In this document: piece after piece, positions 49,579 to 61,154 of the stretch
Position numbering within the stretch: position 1 is the first letter of the stretch
How the letters are laid out: each line of letters starts with the position of its first letter
NCBI GenBank assembly: GCA_965217845.1
Contig: OZ244573.1
Span: 1,976,610 to 2,040,609 of the forward strand
Length of the DNA stretch: 64,000 bases
Origin: Chloroflexota bacterium
Lineage (GTDB): Bacteria > Chloroflexota > UBA11872 > VXNJ01
Reading direction: 5' to 3'
Program-made: the position numbers and the translations under genes
The notes under the pieces: model-generated
Told to the model about the DNA's origin: nothing
What the model saw: only the letters and a program-made list of their open reading frames with translations
The model's database searches: none

Positions 49579-49896
49579 GCGGCGATTGGGCCTGATGATG
49601 CGTTGCTGTAAACCGGCGGATCGGATGCCGATCGCAATCAAGAGTCTATTGCCCTACGGCCACGCGCGCGTCCGGCCGGACGCGCTCGTTCAAGCGGGTT
49701 CGGAACCCGATCAATTGACACCGAACATGCTGATATTGGCATTGCAATCCGGCGGTCGCGATCTGACCGCCGGACGACCTCACCGGACGCGGAACGGCGA
49801 CCGTGGCGGGACGGGCATGATGTCCCACTAAAATCCATCTCGGCTCCCTGGGCCGATCCGCCGACCCCTGTTCCAGCACCCCGGGTTCGTTTTTAC

Positions 49897-51072
49897 ATGG
49901 ACTGGCAAGCGCTCGCCGACAAGTACTACGCGCAGTGTTTCGTGCGCCCTCCGATGACCCTGGTTCGCGGAGAGGGCACCCGCGTCTGGGACACCAGCGG
50001 CCGCGAATACTTGGACTTTGTGGCCGGAATAGCCGTCTGTTGCCTGGGTCACGCCAACTCGGACATAGCCGACGCGGTGGCCGACCAGGCGCGCCAGCTG
50101 GTTACGGTTTCCAACCTTTACTACAGCGTGCCGCAGGTAGAACTGGCCAGCCTGCTCCTGGACGACTCGCCGTTCGACCGCGTCTTCTTCACCAACAGCG
50201 GGGCCGAGTCCACCGAGACCGCGGTGAAGGCGGTCCGAAAGTACGGCCGCAACGAGCGCGATGGAGCATTCGAGGTCATTACCGCCGCGCGCGGCTTCCA
50301 CGGCCGCACCCTGGCAATGACGGCGGCGACCGGCACGCCCGCATACCAGATACCGTTCGCACCAATGCCGGCCGGGTTCAAGCAAGTGGAATTTAACGAC
50401 CTGGACGCGGCCGACGCGGCGATCACGGATAGCACCTGCGCAATCATGGTGGAGCCCATTCAGGCCGAAGGCGGAGTATGGCCGGCGCACGACGGCTACC
50501 TGGCCGGGCTGCGCGAGATCTGCGACCGCCACGGCCTGCTTTTGATCTTCGATGAGGTGCAAACTGGAATCGGCCGCCTGGGCCACGTCTACGGATTCGA
50601 ACACTGGGGAGTTGAACCCGACCTGATCTGCCTGGCCAAGGGCCTGGGCGGCGGGTTCCCACTGGGCGCGGTCCTGTTTAAGGAGCACGCCCAGACCCTG
50701 CGCCCGGGCGATCACGGCAACACGTTCGGCGGTTCGCCGGCAATGTGCGCCGCCGGCAAGGTGGTGATGCAGGCGATTCGCTACACCGGGCTACTAGAGC
50801 ATGTTCGCGATCGCGGTGACCAGATGGCGGCCGGGCTAAACGAGCTGCGTTCGACCGGCAAAGTGGTCGACGTGCGCGGCATCGGCCTGCTGCAGGGTTT
50901 TGCGCTCGAATCTCCCGAACTGGCCGACCATGTCGTTGCCGATTCGCGTGGGAACGGCCTCATCCTCGTCAAGGTTTCGGCCGACGCTATTCGGATGGTG
51001 CCGCCGCTGACGGTTACCGACGACGAGATTGACAGCGCCCTAGCGATCATCGCCGGCGCCATCGGCGCCTGA
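49897..51072 (+). CDS. argD: Acetylornithine aminotransferase (class-III PLP aminotransferase)
   Basis: PLP-lysine context (…LICLAKGLGGGFP…); 391 aa; divergent from argC. Confidence 0.9.
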   Translation: MDWQALADKYYAQCFVRPPMTLVRGEGTRVWDTSGREYLDFVAGIAVCCLGHANSDIADAVADQARQLVTVSNLYYSVPQVELASLLLDDSPFDRVFFTNSGAESTETAVKAVRKYGRNERDGAFEVITAARGFHGRTLAMTAATGTPAYQIPFAPMPAGFKQVEFNDLDAADAAITDSTCAIMVEPIQAEGGVWPAHDGYLAGLREICDRHGLLLIFDEVQTGIGRLGHVYGFEHWGVEPDLICLAKGLGGGFPLGAVLFKEHAQTLRPGDHGNTFGGSPAMCAAGKVVMQAIRYTGLLEHVRDRGDQMAAGLNELRSTGKVVDVRGIGLLQGFALESPELADHVVADSRGNGLILVKVSADAIRMVPPLTVTDDEIDSALAIIAGAIGA

Positions 51073-51106
51073 CCCGGGCGTTTGCCGCAAATCTAAGGAC
51101 CCGTTC

Positions 51107-52333
51107 ATGGACAAGGTCGTGTTGGCCTATTCGGGCGGACTGGACACGTCGGTTGCAATTCCCTGGATCAAGGAGAACTACGACCTCGAAGTGGTCGCTC
51201 TGACCATCGATCTGGGTCAGGGCCGTGAACTAGACGGGGTGCGCGAACGCGCCCTGGCCAACGGCGCCATCGAGGCGCATGTCGAGGATGCGCGGGCCCT
51301 TTTTGTGGAACGCTTCGTGTTCCCCTCGCTAAAGGCCGGCGCCAAATACGAAGACGCCTACTACCTGGCCACCGCGCTGGGGCGACCACTGATCGCCTGG
51401 CTGCTGGTGGAAACTGCGCGCAAGGTCGGCGCCGTGGCGGTCGCCCATGGGTCAACCGGCAAGGGCAACGACCAGGTGCGGTTCGATGTTTCCATAAGCA
51501 CCCTCGATCCGAATCTGCGGATCATTGCGCCGATCCGCGAATGGAGCATGAACCGCGATCAGGAAATCGAATACGCCAACACCCGGGGACTGGACATCCC
51601 GGTGACGATTGAGAGGCCCTACTCGACCGACGAGAACCTTTGGGGCCGCAGCATCGAATCGGGCGTCTTGGAGGATGCCTGGCGGGAGCCACCTCCGGAA
51701 ATATGGCTCTGGACGACCGCCCCTTCGGACGCCCCGGAGGAACCCCAGGACATCGAAATCGGCTTCAAGGCCGGCATCCCGATCTCGATCGATGGTGAGG
51801 AGATGCAAGGGGTACAGCTGATTACACGCCTGCACGAAATCGGTGGGCGACACGGGATCGGCCGCGCCGACCATATCGAGAACCGGCTCATCGGGATCAA
51901 ATCGCGCGAAATCTACGAGATGCCGGCGGCCGAGATCCTGCACCGCGCGCACTATGCGCTCGAGACGATGACCTTAACCCGCGACCAGATGCGTTTTAAG
52001 GCGCAGGTGTCGGCCGAGTACGCGCGCATGGTCTACGACGGGCTCTGGTTTTCGGGCCTGCACCGCGACCTAGCCGCGTTCCTGGGCTCTAACCAGGAGA
52101 AAGTGACCGGAGCGGTGCGGGTGCGGCTGCACAAGGGCCACGCCACGGTTACCGGGCGCAGTTCCCAGGATTCGCTTTACCGGCCGGAACTGGCCACCTA
52201 CGGCGCCGACGACAGCTTCGACCACAGTGCCGCGGTCGGCTTCATCAAGCTGCACGGCTTGAGCCAGCAGACTCAGGCGCAGCTCCAGCTCGGGGCCGGG
52301 GGCGACAAACTGCTGCCGCCCGGGGGCGATTAA
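51107..52333 (+). CDS. argG: Argininosuccinate synthase
   Basis: AYSGGLDTS PP-loop; 408 aa. Confidence 0.9.
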   Translation: MDKVVLAYSGGLDTSVAIPWIKENYDLEVVALTIDLGQGRELDGVRERALANGAIEAHVEDARALFVERFVFPSLKAGAKYEDAYYLATALGRPLIAWLLVETARKVGAVAVAHGSTGKGNDQVRFDVSISTLDPNLRIIAPIREWSMNRDQEIEYANTRGLDIPVTIERPYSTDENLWGRSIESGVLEDAWREPPPEIWLWTTAPSDAPEEPQDIEIGFKAGIPISIDGEEMQGVQLITRLHEIGGRHGIGRADHIENRLIGIKSREIYEMPAAEILHRAHYALETMTLTRDQMRFKAQVSAEYARMVYDGLWFSGLHRDLAAFLGSNQEKVTGAVRVRLHKGHATVTGRSSQDSLYRPELATYGADDSFDHSAAVGFIKLHGLSQQTQAQLQLGAGGDKLLPPGGD

Positions 52334-52438
52334 CTGCCGACCCACGGTACCGATGCGCATCGGTCGCGCATGCGAGCGCACCTTAAAGAAATGTGTGCCC
52401 GGTATTTAGGCTACTAGTGGTGCAGAGCAACCGGAACG

Positions 52439-53899
52439 GTGGGAAGTGCCGCGCCCGCAGCTGCCGAGGATGAACCTGAATTGAACCTTTGGTCGGGGAG
52501 ATTTGGGGCCGGTGGCGGCAGCGCCGCCATGGCGTTCACCGCCTCGCTCGGCCGCGACGTGCGCTTCTGGCGCGAGGAGATCGCGGTGGCAGTCGCGCAC
52601 GTCGAGATGCTGGGCCGCTGCCGGATCGTGGATCCGGCCGAAGCGGAGTCGATCGTCGCCGGACTGGGCCAAATTGCCGCCCGATTCGCCGCAAACGGGG
52701 TTCCGATCGACGGCGGTGACGAGGATATCCACTCGCTGGTCGAACGGCTGCTGGGTGAGCTGGCCGGTCCCAGCGCCGGCCACCTGCGCACCGCCCGGTC
52801 GCGCAATGATCAGGTTGCGACCGCATTCAAGCTCTACGTCCGCCGCGCCACCGTCGATGTCTGGATGGCGGCCCTGGATCTGATCGAAACGCTGGTCGGG
52901 CGGGCCGCTGAGCAGGGCAGCACGCTCGCGCCAGGTATGACCCACTTGCAGGTTGGCCAGCCGATCCTGCTGGCGCACCACCTGCTCGCGCACGCCGAAG
53001 CGCTGCGCCGAATCTGCCAGCGCTGCGCTTTTGGGTTACGCGCGGCCGGCGAACTGCCGCTCGGAGCTGGCGCCCTGGCCGGCACTTCGTTTCCGATCGA
53101 TCCCGAATACGTGGCCCGGCGGCTTGGGTTCGAAAGGGCCTGCCGCAACAGCGTTGACGCCGTCGCCAACCGCGATTTCGTAATCGAATATCTCCAACTC
53201 ACGGCGCAGGCGGCGGTCAATCTTTCGCGCCTGGCCGAAGAAGTGGTCATTTGGGCCACGCAGCCGTTCGCGGTAGTGGTGCTGCCGGATGCCTGGGCTA
53301 CCGGGTCCAGCATCATGCCGCAGAAAAAGAACCCCGACGTGGCCGAGCTGGTACGCGCCCGAGCCGGATCGGCGATAGGTCGCCTCACTGGATTTCTGGC
53401 AACCGTCAAGTCGCTGCCGCTGGCCTACAACCTGGACCTGCAAGAGGACAAGCAGGCCGTCTACGGGGCCGAGGATGACATCCTCGGCAGCCTGCAGGCG
53501 ATGACCGGCTTAATGGCCAACCTCCACTTCCGGGCCGACCGATTGGCAGAGATTGCCACCATGGGCGCTTCTGCCGCCACCGATCTGGCTGACTACCTGG
53601 TCGGCAAGGGCGTCCCCTTCGGCCGCGCCCATGCCGAGATCGGATCGCTGGTCGCCGAGTTGGAGCAACAGGGCCGTGACCTGTCCACGGTTGATCTGGA
53701 CACCCTGCGACGCACTAATCCGCACTTTGACGATGACGCGCTGCAACGGTTGGATCCGGGGTGGGCGGTCCGGGCCCGCACCTCGCCGGGGGGAACCGCG
53801 CCGGTCCAGGTCGCCGCCCAGATCGAGGCTGCCCAAGCCTGGATAAGCGACGAACGGACGCGGGCGGAAGCGGCGGCGCCCAAGCTGCCACTCGCATGA
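52439..53899 (+). CDS. argH: Argininosuccinate lyase
   Basis: Fumarate-lyase signature (GSSIMPQKKNPD). Alternative TTG start at 52481 (LNLWSGRF…, with GAGGA about 10 nt upstream) is equally plausible. Confidence 0.9.
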   Translation: MGSAAPAAAEDEPELNLWSGRFGAGGGSAAMAFTASLGRDVRFWREEIAVAVAHVEMLGRCRIVDPAEAESIVAGLGQIAARFAANGVPIDGGDEDIHSLVERLLGELAGPSAGHLRTARSRNDQVATAFKLYVRRATVDVWMAALDLIETLVGRAAEQGSTLAPGMTHLQVGQPILLAHHLLAHAEALRRICQRCAFGLRAAGELPLGAGALAGTSFPIDPEYVARRLGFERACRNSVDAVANRDFVIEYLQLTAQAAVNLSRLAEEVVIWATQPFAVVVLPDAWATGSSIMPQKKNPDVAELVRARAGSAIGRLTGFLATVKSLPLAYNLDLQEDKQAVYGAEDDILGSLQAMTGLMANLHFRADRLAEIATMGASAATDLADYLVGKGVPFGRAHAEIGSLVAELEQQGRDLSTVDLDTLRRTNPHFDDDALQRLDPGWAVRARTSPGGTAPVQVAAQIEAAQAWISDERTRAEAAAPKLPLA

Positions 53900-53947
53900 C
53901 CGGAGCGGTCGCGCCGACGATTTACTCAATAAAATCTGACCGGCCAC

Positions 53948-53966
53948 CGGTCCGCGACCGTTTTTT
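53948..53966 (+). terminator. Rho-independent terminator after argH (CGGTC-CGC-GACCG stem-loop followed by T6)
   Basis: Sequence accggtccgcgaccgtttttt lies 50-65 nt downstream of the argH stop. An alternative, longer GACCGG…CCGGTC stem overlaps it. Confidence 0.6.
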
Positions 53967-54002
53967 AAGGCCCCGAACAAAAGCCCCGGTCAGGCCATTG
54001 AC

Positions 54003-56294
54003 ATGATTCGATCGTTGAGCTTGGGATACCCCCGCATCGGGCCCAAGCGCGAACTCAAACGGGCCGTTGAGCGCTATTGGAGCGGACGGCTGAGTGCGGA
54101 CGAACTCCGGACCAGAGCCGCCGAATTGCGCCGCTACAGCTGGGAAAGCCACCGCGAAGCCGGCATCGACCTTATCCCGAGCAACGATTTCACGCTCTAC
54201 GACCAAGTCCTTGCCACGACCGAAATGGTCGGAGCGGTACCGGAGCGATTCAGGCGGCTGGAAGGTCTTTCCGAGCTCGATATCTATTTCGCGATGGCGC
54301 GCGGTTACCAGGGGCCGCAGGGCGATGTGCAGGCCTGCGAACTGACCAAGTGGTTCGACACCAACTACCACTATGTGGTGCCCGAATTTGACCCCGATCA
54401 GAAATTTGAACTCAACTCGGCCAAGCCGCGCTCGGAATTCGCAGAGGCACGCGCCCTCGGAATCCAGACGGTGCCGGTACTGGTCGGCCCGATCACTTAC
54501 CTGCTGCTCGGCAAATCGATCGACGGGGGCAATTCGCTGCGATTGCTCGACCGCCTGCTGCCGGTCTACGAGGAGCTGCTCGGCGAGCTTGCCGCGGCCG
54601 GGGCGGATCAGGTGCAGCTGCACGAACCGGTGCTCGTGACCGACTTGGACACCGACGCCGGTGCCGCATTCAGGCGTGCCTATCAGCGACTGGCTAGTGC
54701 CGGCCCGAAGGTAATCCTGGCCACCTACTTCGGCGCCCTACGCGAGAACCTCTCCCTGCTGGAAGGCCTGCCACTAGGGGCTCTGCATGTGGACCTGGTG
54801 CGCGCGCCGGAGCAGCTGGAGCCGGCCGTTGCGGCCGCACAGGCGAACCATTGGGACCTCTCACTGGGGTTAATCGACGGGCGCAACGTCTGGCGCACCG
54901 ATCTGGAAGCAGCCTTTGCCAGGGCCCGCACGGCGGCCGCAAGCCTGGGCGCCGAGCGGGTCATTGTCGCCCCTTCCTGCTCCCTGCTGCACTGTCCGGT
55001 GGACCTTGCCAACGAACCCGGGCTGGACGCCGAACTCAAGCAGTGGCTGGCATTCGCCAAGCAGAAGCTGGGCGAGACCGCCGCAGTCACCGGCGCGCTG
55101 AATGGGCGAGCCGAGTACGAGGAGGCGTTTGCGAACGCCCGCAAGGCGCTGCGGGCGCGGGCCAGTTCCGGGCGGATCCACAATCCCGCCGTGGCCGAGC
55201 GCCTGGCCGGAATAAGCGAAGAAATGTGCCAGCGAAGCTCTCCCTACGCCGAGCGCGCCCGATCCCAGCGCGAGAAGCTGAAGCTGCGGCCGCTCCCGAC
55301 CACCACGATCGGCTCCTTCCCCCAGTCCGGAGAGGTCCGCCGCCAGCGCCAGGCATATCGGCGCGGGCGCCAAACGCGCGAGCAGTACGAGGGTTTCCTG
55401 CGCGCCGAGATCGCCCGCACGATCAGGATCCAAGAGGACTTGGACATTGACGTGCTGGTGCACGGTGAATTTGAGCGCACCGACATGGTTGAGTTCTTCG
55501 GCGAGCAGTTGGAGGGCGTCGCCTTCACCGGCAACGGCTGGGTGCAAAGCTACGGCACCCGCTGCGTGCGGCCGCCGTTGATCTACGGCGATATCTGGCG
55601 TCCAGAACCGATGACAACCAGCTGGACCGCGTATGCCCAATCGCTCACCGAGCGCCCGGTCAAGGGAATGCTGACGGCGCCGGTGACGATCCTGATGTGG
55701 TCGTTCGTGCGCGACGACCAGCCGCACGAGCGAACCTGCCAGCAGATCGCGCTGGCCCTGCGCGAAGAGGTCGCCGACTTGGAGGCGGCCGGCATATCGG
55801 TGATCCAGCTCGATGAACCGGCCCTGCGCGAAGGCCTGCCGCTGCGACGCGCCGAACATGCCGAGTACCTGCGCTGGGCAGTCGAGTGCTTCCGCCTGGC
55901 GTCCTGCGGCGCGTCCGATTCGACCCAGGTCCACACCCATATGTGCTATTCGGAATTCAACAACATCATCGAAGCCATCGCCGCGCTCGACGCCGATGTG
56001 ATTTCGATCGAGGCTTCACGCTCCAACATGGAGTTGCTGGAATCGTTCGTCGAATTCGATTACCCCAACGAAATCGGACCCGGCGTCTACGACATCCACT
56101 CGCCACGCATCCCCTCCACGGAGGAGATGGAGCAGCGTCTACGAGCGGCGCTTGCGCACCTTCGGACCGAGCAGCTGTGGGTAAATCCTGACTGCGGCCT
56201 GAAAACCAGGCGCTGGGAAGAAGTCGAACCGGCGCTGCGCAACATGGTCGAAGCCTCTGAGCGCTTGCGGCAACTCCAAGCCGCCCCGGCCTGA
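54003..56294 (+). CDS. metE: 5-methyltetrahydropteroyltriglutamate--homocysteine S-methyltransferase (cobalamin-independent methionine synthase)
   Basis: 763 aa with duplicated (βα)8 barrels and the C-terminal Zn-binding His/Cys/Glu/Cys context (…HTHMCYSEF…, …DCGLKTR). Confidence 0.9.
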   Translation: MIRSLSLGYPRIGPKRELKRAVERYWSGRLSADELRTRAAELRRYSWESHREAGIDLIPSNDFTLYDQVLATTEMVGAVPERFRRLEGLSELDIYFAMARGYQGPQGDVQACELTKWFDTNYHYVVPEFDPDQKFELNSAKPRSEFAEARALGIQTVPVLVGPITYLLLGKSIDGGNSLRLLDRLLPVYEELLGELAAAGADQVQLHEPVLVTDLDTDAGAAFRRAYQRLASAGPKVILATYFGALRENLSLLEGLPLGALHVDLVRAPEQLEPAVAAAQANHWDLSLGLIDGRNVWRTDLEAAFARARTAAASLGAERVIVAPSCSLLHCPVDLANEPGLDAELKQWLAFAKQKLGETAAVTGALNGRAEYEEAFANARKALRARASSGRIHNPAVAERLAGISEEMCQRSSPYAERARSQREKLKLRPLPTTTIGSFPQSGEVRRQRQAYRRGRQTREQYEGFLRAEIARTIRIQEDLDIDVLVHGEFERTDMVEFFGEQLEGVAFTGNGWVQSYGTRCVRPPLIYGDIWRPEPMTTSWTAYAQSLTERPVKGMLTAPVTILMWSFVRDDQPHERTCQQIALALREEVADLEAAGISVIQLDEPALREGLPLRRAEHAEYLRWAVECFRLASCGASDSTQVHTHMCYSEFNNIIEAIAALDADVISIEASRSNMELLESFVEFDYPNEIGPGVYDIHSPRIPSTEEMEQRLRAALAHLRTEQLWVNPDCGLKTRRWEEVEPALRNMVEASERLRQLQAAPA

Positions 56295-56406
56295 TTCCGG
56301 TCCCAACGCGTCAACCGCGGCCCTCCGGGGCGGGCCGCCACCGCTGACCGCCGCGGGGCGGTCGCTCCGCTACTGGCCGGCCCTGGACGGGCTACGCGCC
56401 GTCGCG

Positions 56407-58293
56407 GTGCTGGCGGTGCTCGCATTTCACGCCGGCGCGAACTGGCTTCCGGCCGGGTTCCTGGGCGTGGACATCTTTTTCGTAGTCTCCGGTTTCCTGA
56501 TTACGACCCTGCTGGTGCGCGAGCAAGAGCGCTCCGGGAAGATCGCCCTGGGCCGGTTCTGGCTGCGGCGCGCCGGACGCCTGCTGCCGGCGCTGTTACT
56601 AATGCTGGCCGGCACGATCGCCTACCTGGCACTCGCCGCCCCGGGATTGGTCGCGCGGTTCTGGGAAGATGTGCGCTTCGCGCTCCTGTTCGTGGCCAAC
56701 TGGGATTTCGTGGTGCGCGATATCCCCTACTTTGTCCGGTGGGAGCCTTCGCTCGGCACCCACCTTTGGTCGCTGGCGGTCGAGGAGCAGTTCTACCTGC
56801 TCTGGCCGTTGTTGGCCGGATTGGTCCTCCGAATTGGCGGCGTCCGTGGACTGGCGATGGCGGCCGGCGGGCTGGCGCTTGTCTCCGCTCTGCTAATGGG
56901 TCTGCTGTACGTTCCGTTCGGGGACGCTTCGCGGATTTATTTCGGCACCGATACGCACGCTTTCGGCCTGGCAACCGGCGCCGTTTTGGGATGCCTGTTG
57001 CACATGTACCCGAGCGGCGCTGGAGGGCGGGCGCGCCTGCGCGAATCGCTCGGCTGCATGGCTCTGGTTCTAGTGATTGCGGCCATGATCCTGCTGCACG
57101 AATGGGACGGATTCCTCTATCGCGGCGGTTACCTAGTGATGGCGGTCCTGGCTGGTGTGGTCACGTTCGCGGCGACTGCCGACGAAGGCCTGCTGGTGGC
57201 GGCGTTGGGTTGGCGGCCGATTCGTTGGATCGGGCGCCGTTCCTATGCAATCTATCTCTGGCATTGGCCGTTGCTGCTGGTGCCGGGACCGCCCCTGGAG
57301 CTGGCGGGAGGACCGGTCGAGCTGCCGGACTGGTTAGGGCTGGGGCTGCGCACGGCCCTGGTGTTCGCGGCCGCGGCGATCTCCTGGCAGTTCGTGGAAT
57401 CCCCCCTGCGTTCGGCGGTGAGTGCAGCCACCCGCGCGCCCGTCAGTGGTGCCAGGGGCCTGGCCGGGATTCTGCGGGGCAATCTCGCCTCGGCGCGGCT
57501 GGGCACCGGAACCGCGGTGGCCTGCCTGGCGGGGATTCTGGTACTGGGCGGGCTGGCCTCCGGTGGCGCCTTCGAACAGTCAAAGAACCAAATTGCGGTC
57601 CAGATCGAGGCCAATGTGGAGCTTCTGGCAGCTTCCCAGCGTGCCCGGGTCTTTGACAAGCCTCCCCGGCAAACGGATCCGATCCCCGAGCCGGACGGCG
57701 ACGCTCCGGCCGCGCCCAAAAGCACCAATCCGCTGAAAGTCGTGGCCTTTTCAAGTGATGTGGTCGCGATCGACTATGTCCCTTCGCTGGGACTGGCACC
57801 GCCGCGCCCGACCGTCATACCGCCGCAATTGCGAGTGTTGGCGATCGGCGATTCAGTGATGCTGGGGGCGGCCGACGTGCTGTTGGAATCCCTGCCGCAG
57901 TTGGAAATCGAGGCCGCCGTTTCCACTCAATTCCTGGATGGGATCACCCGGATCCGCAGCGAAATAGAGCTTCCCTACGGGGAGCGTCCGGGGGTGATCG
58001 TGCTCCACCTGGGGACCAACGGCATATTCGACCCCAGCTATGTCGACGAACTGCGCGATTTCACTAACCGCCTGCGGCGGCTGGTCGTGATCAACATTCG
58101 CGCTCCGCGGGCGTGGGAGAAGTTCGTGAACGAGCAGCTAGCGCAGGTCGCCGATTTGCAGAAGGTCAAATTCATCGATTGGCACCAGGCCAGCGCCGAG
58201 CAGCCGGATTGGCTGGCCGACGATCGCGTGCATTTGACCGACACCGGCAAACGCGCCTACGCGGCACTCATCGCCCATGCGATTTCGCTGTGA
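56407..58293 (+). CDS. Acyltransferase-3 (10-TM) fused to a C-terminal SGNH hydrolase domain (OatA-like O-acetyltransferase)
   Basis: N-terminal (Y/W)PALDGLRAVAVLAVLAFHAG AT3 motif. C-terminal SGNH blocks (AIGDSV, GTNG, DRVHL). GTG start; the conserved motif begins upstream of the first canonical start. Confidence 0.8.
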   Translation: MLAVLAFHAGANWLPAGFLGVDIFFVVSGFLITTLLVREQERSGKIALGRFWLRRAGRLLPALLLMLAGTIAYLALAAPGLVARFWEDVRFALLFVANWDFVVRDIPYFVRWEPSLGTHLWSLAVEEQFYLLWPLLAGLVLRIGGVRGLAMAAGGLALVSALLMGLLYVPFGDASRIYFGTDTHAFGLATGAVLGCLLHMYPSGAGGRARLRESLGCMALVLVIAAMILLHEWDGFLYRGGYLVMAVLAGVVTFAATADEGLLVAALGWRPIRWIGRRSYAIYLWHWPLLLVPGPPLELAGGPVELPDWLGLGLRTALVFAAAAISWQFVESPLRSAVSAATRAPVSGARGLAGILRGNLASARLGTGTAVACLAGILVLGGLASGGAFEQSKNQIAVQIEANVELLAASQRARVFDKPPRQTDPIPEPDGDAPAAPKSTNPLKVVAFSSDVVAIDYVPSLGLAPPRPTVIPPQLRVLAIGDSVMLGAADVLLESLPQLEIEAAVSTQFLDGITRIRSEIELPYGERPGVIVLHLGTNGIFDPSYVDELRDFTNRLRRLVVINIRAPRAWEKFVNEQLAQVADLQKVKFIDWHQASAEQPDWLADDRVHLTDTGKRAYAALIAHAISL

Positions 58294-58429
58294 GAGCCCA
58301 ACCGCATTCCGGCAATCCCGAGCGTTGCGGCGCTGTTCCTACTCCGGCAACCGCCTCCCATGAAACTGGGGTCAAAATATTTCGGGCTGTGTCGCCGGCC
58401 GGATCGCATCCGCGATTGGGTGGCGCTAA

Positions 58430-61120
<2,691 letters not shown>

Positions 61121-61154
61121 TCGACGCCCCGACCGGCGCGGATCGACCCTCCCC

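Noticed and set aside
48361-49611. 416-aa plus-strand ORF
   Set aside because: It is antisense to argC/argJ.
53900-54002. Possible SAM or B12 riboswitch upstream of metE
   Set aside because: The intergenic region is only about 100 nt and is largely occupied by the argH terminator hairpin. No riboswitch-like conserved core was recognisable.
54870-55940. 356-aa minus-strand ORF
   Set aside because: It is antisense to metE.
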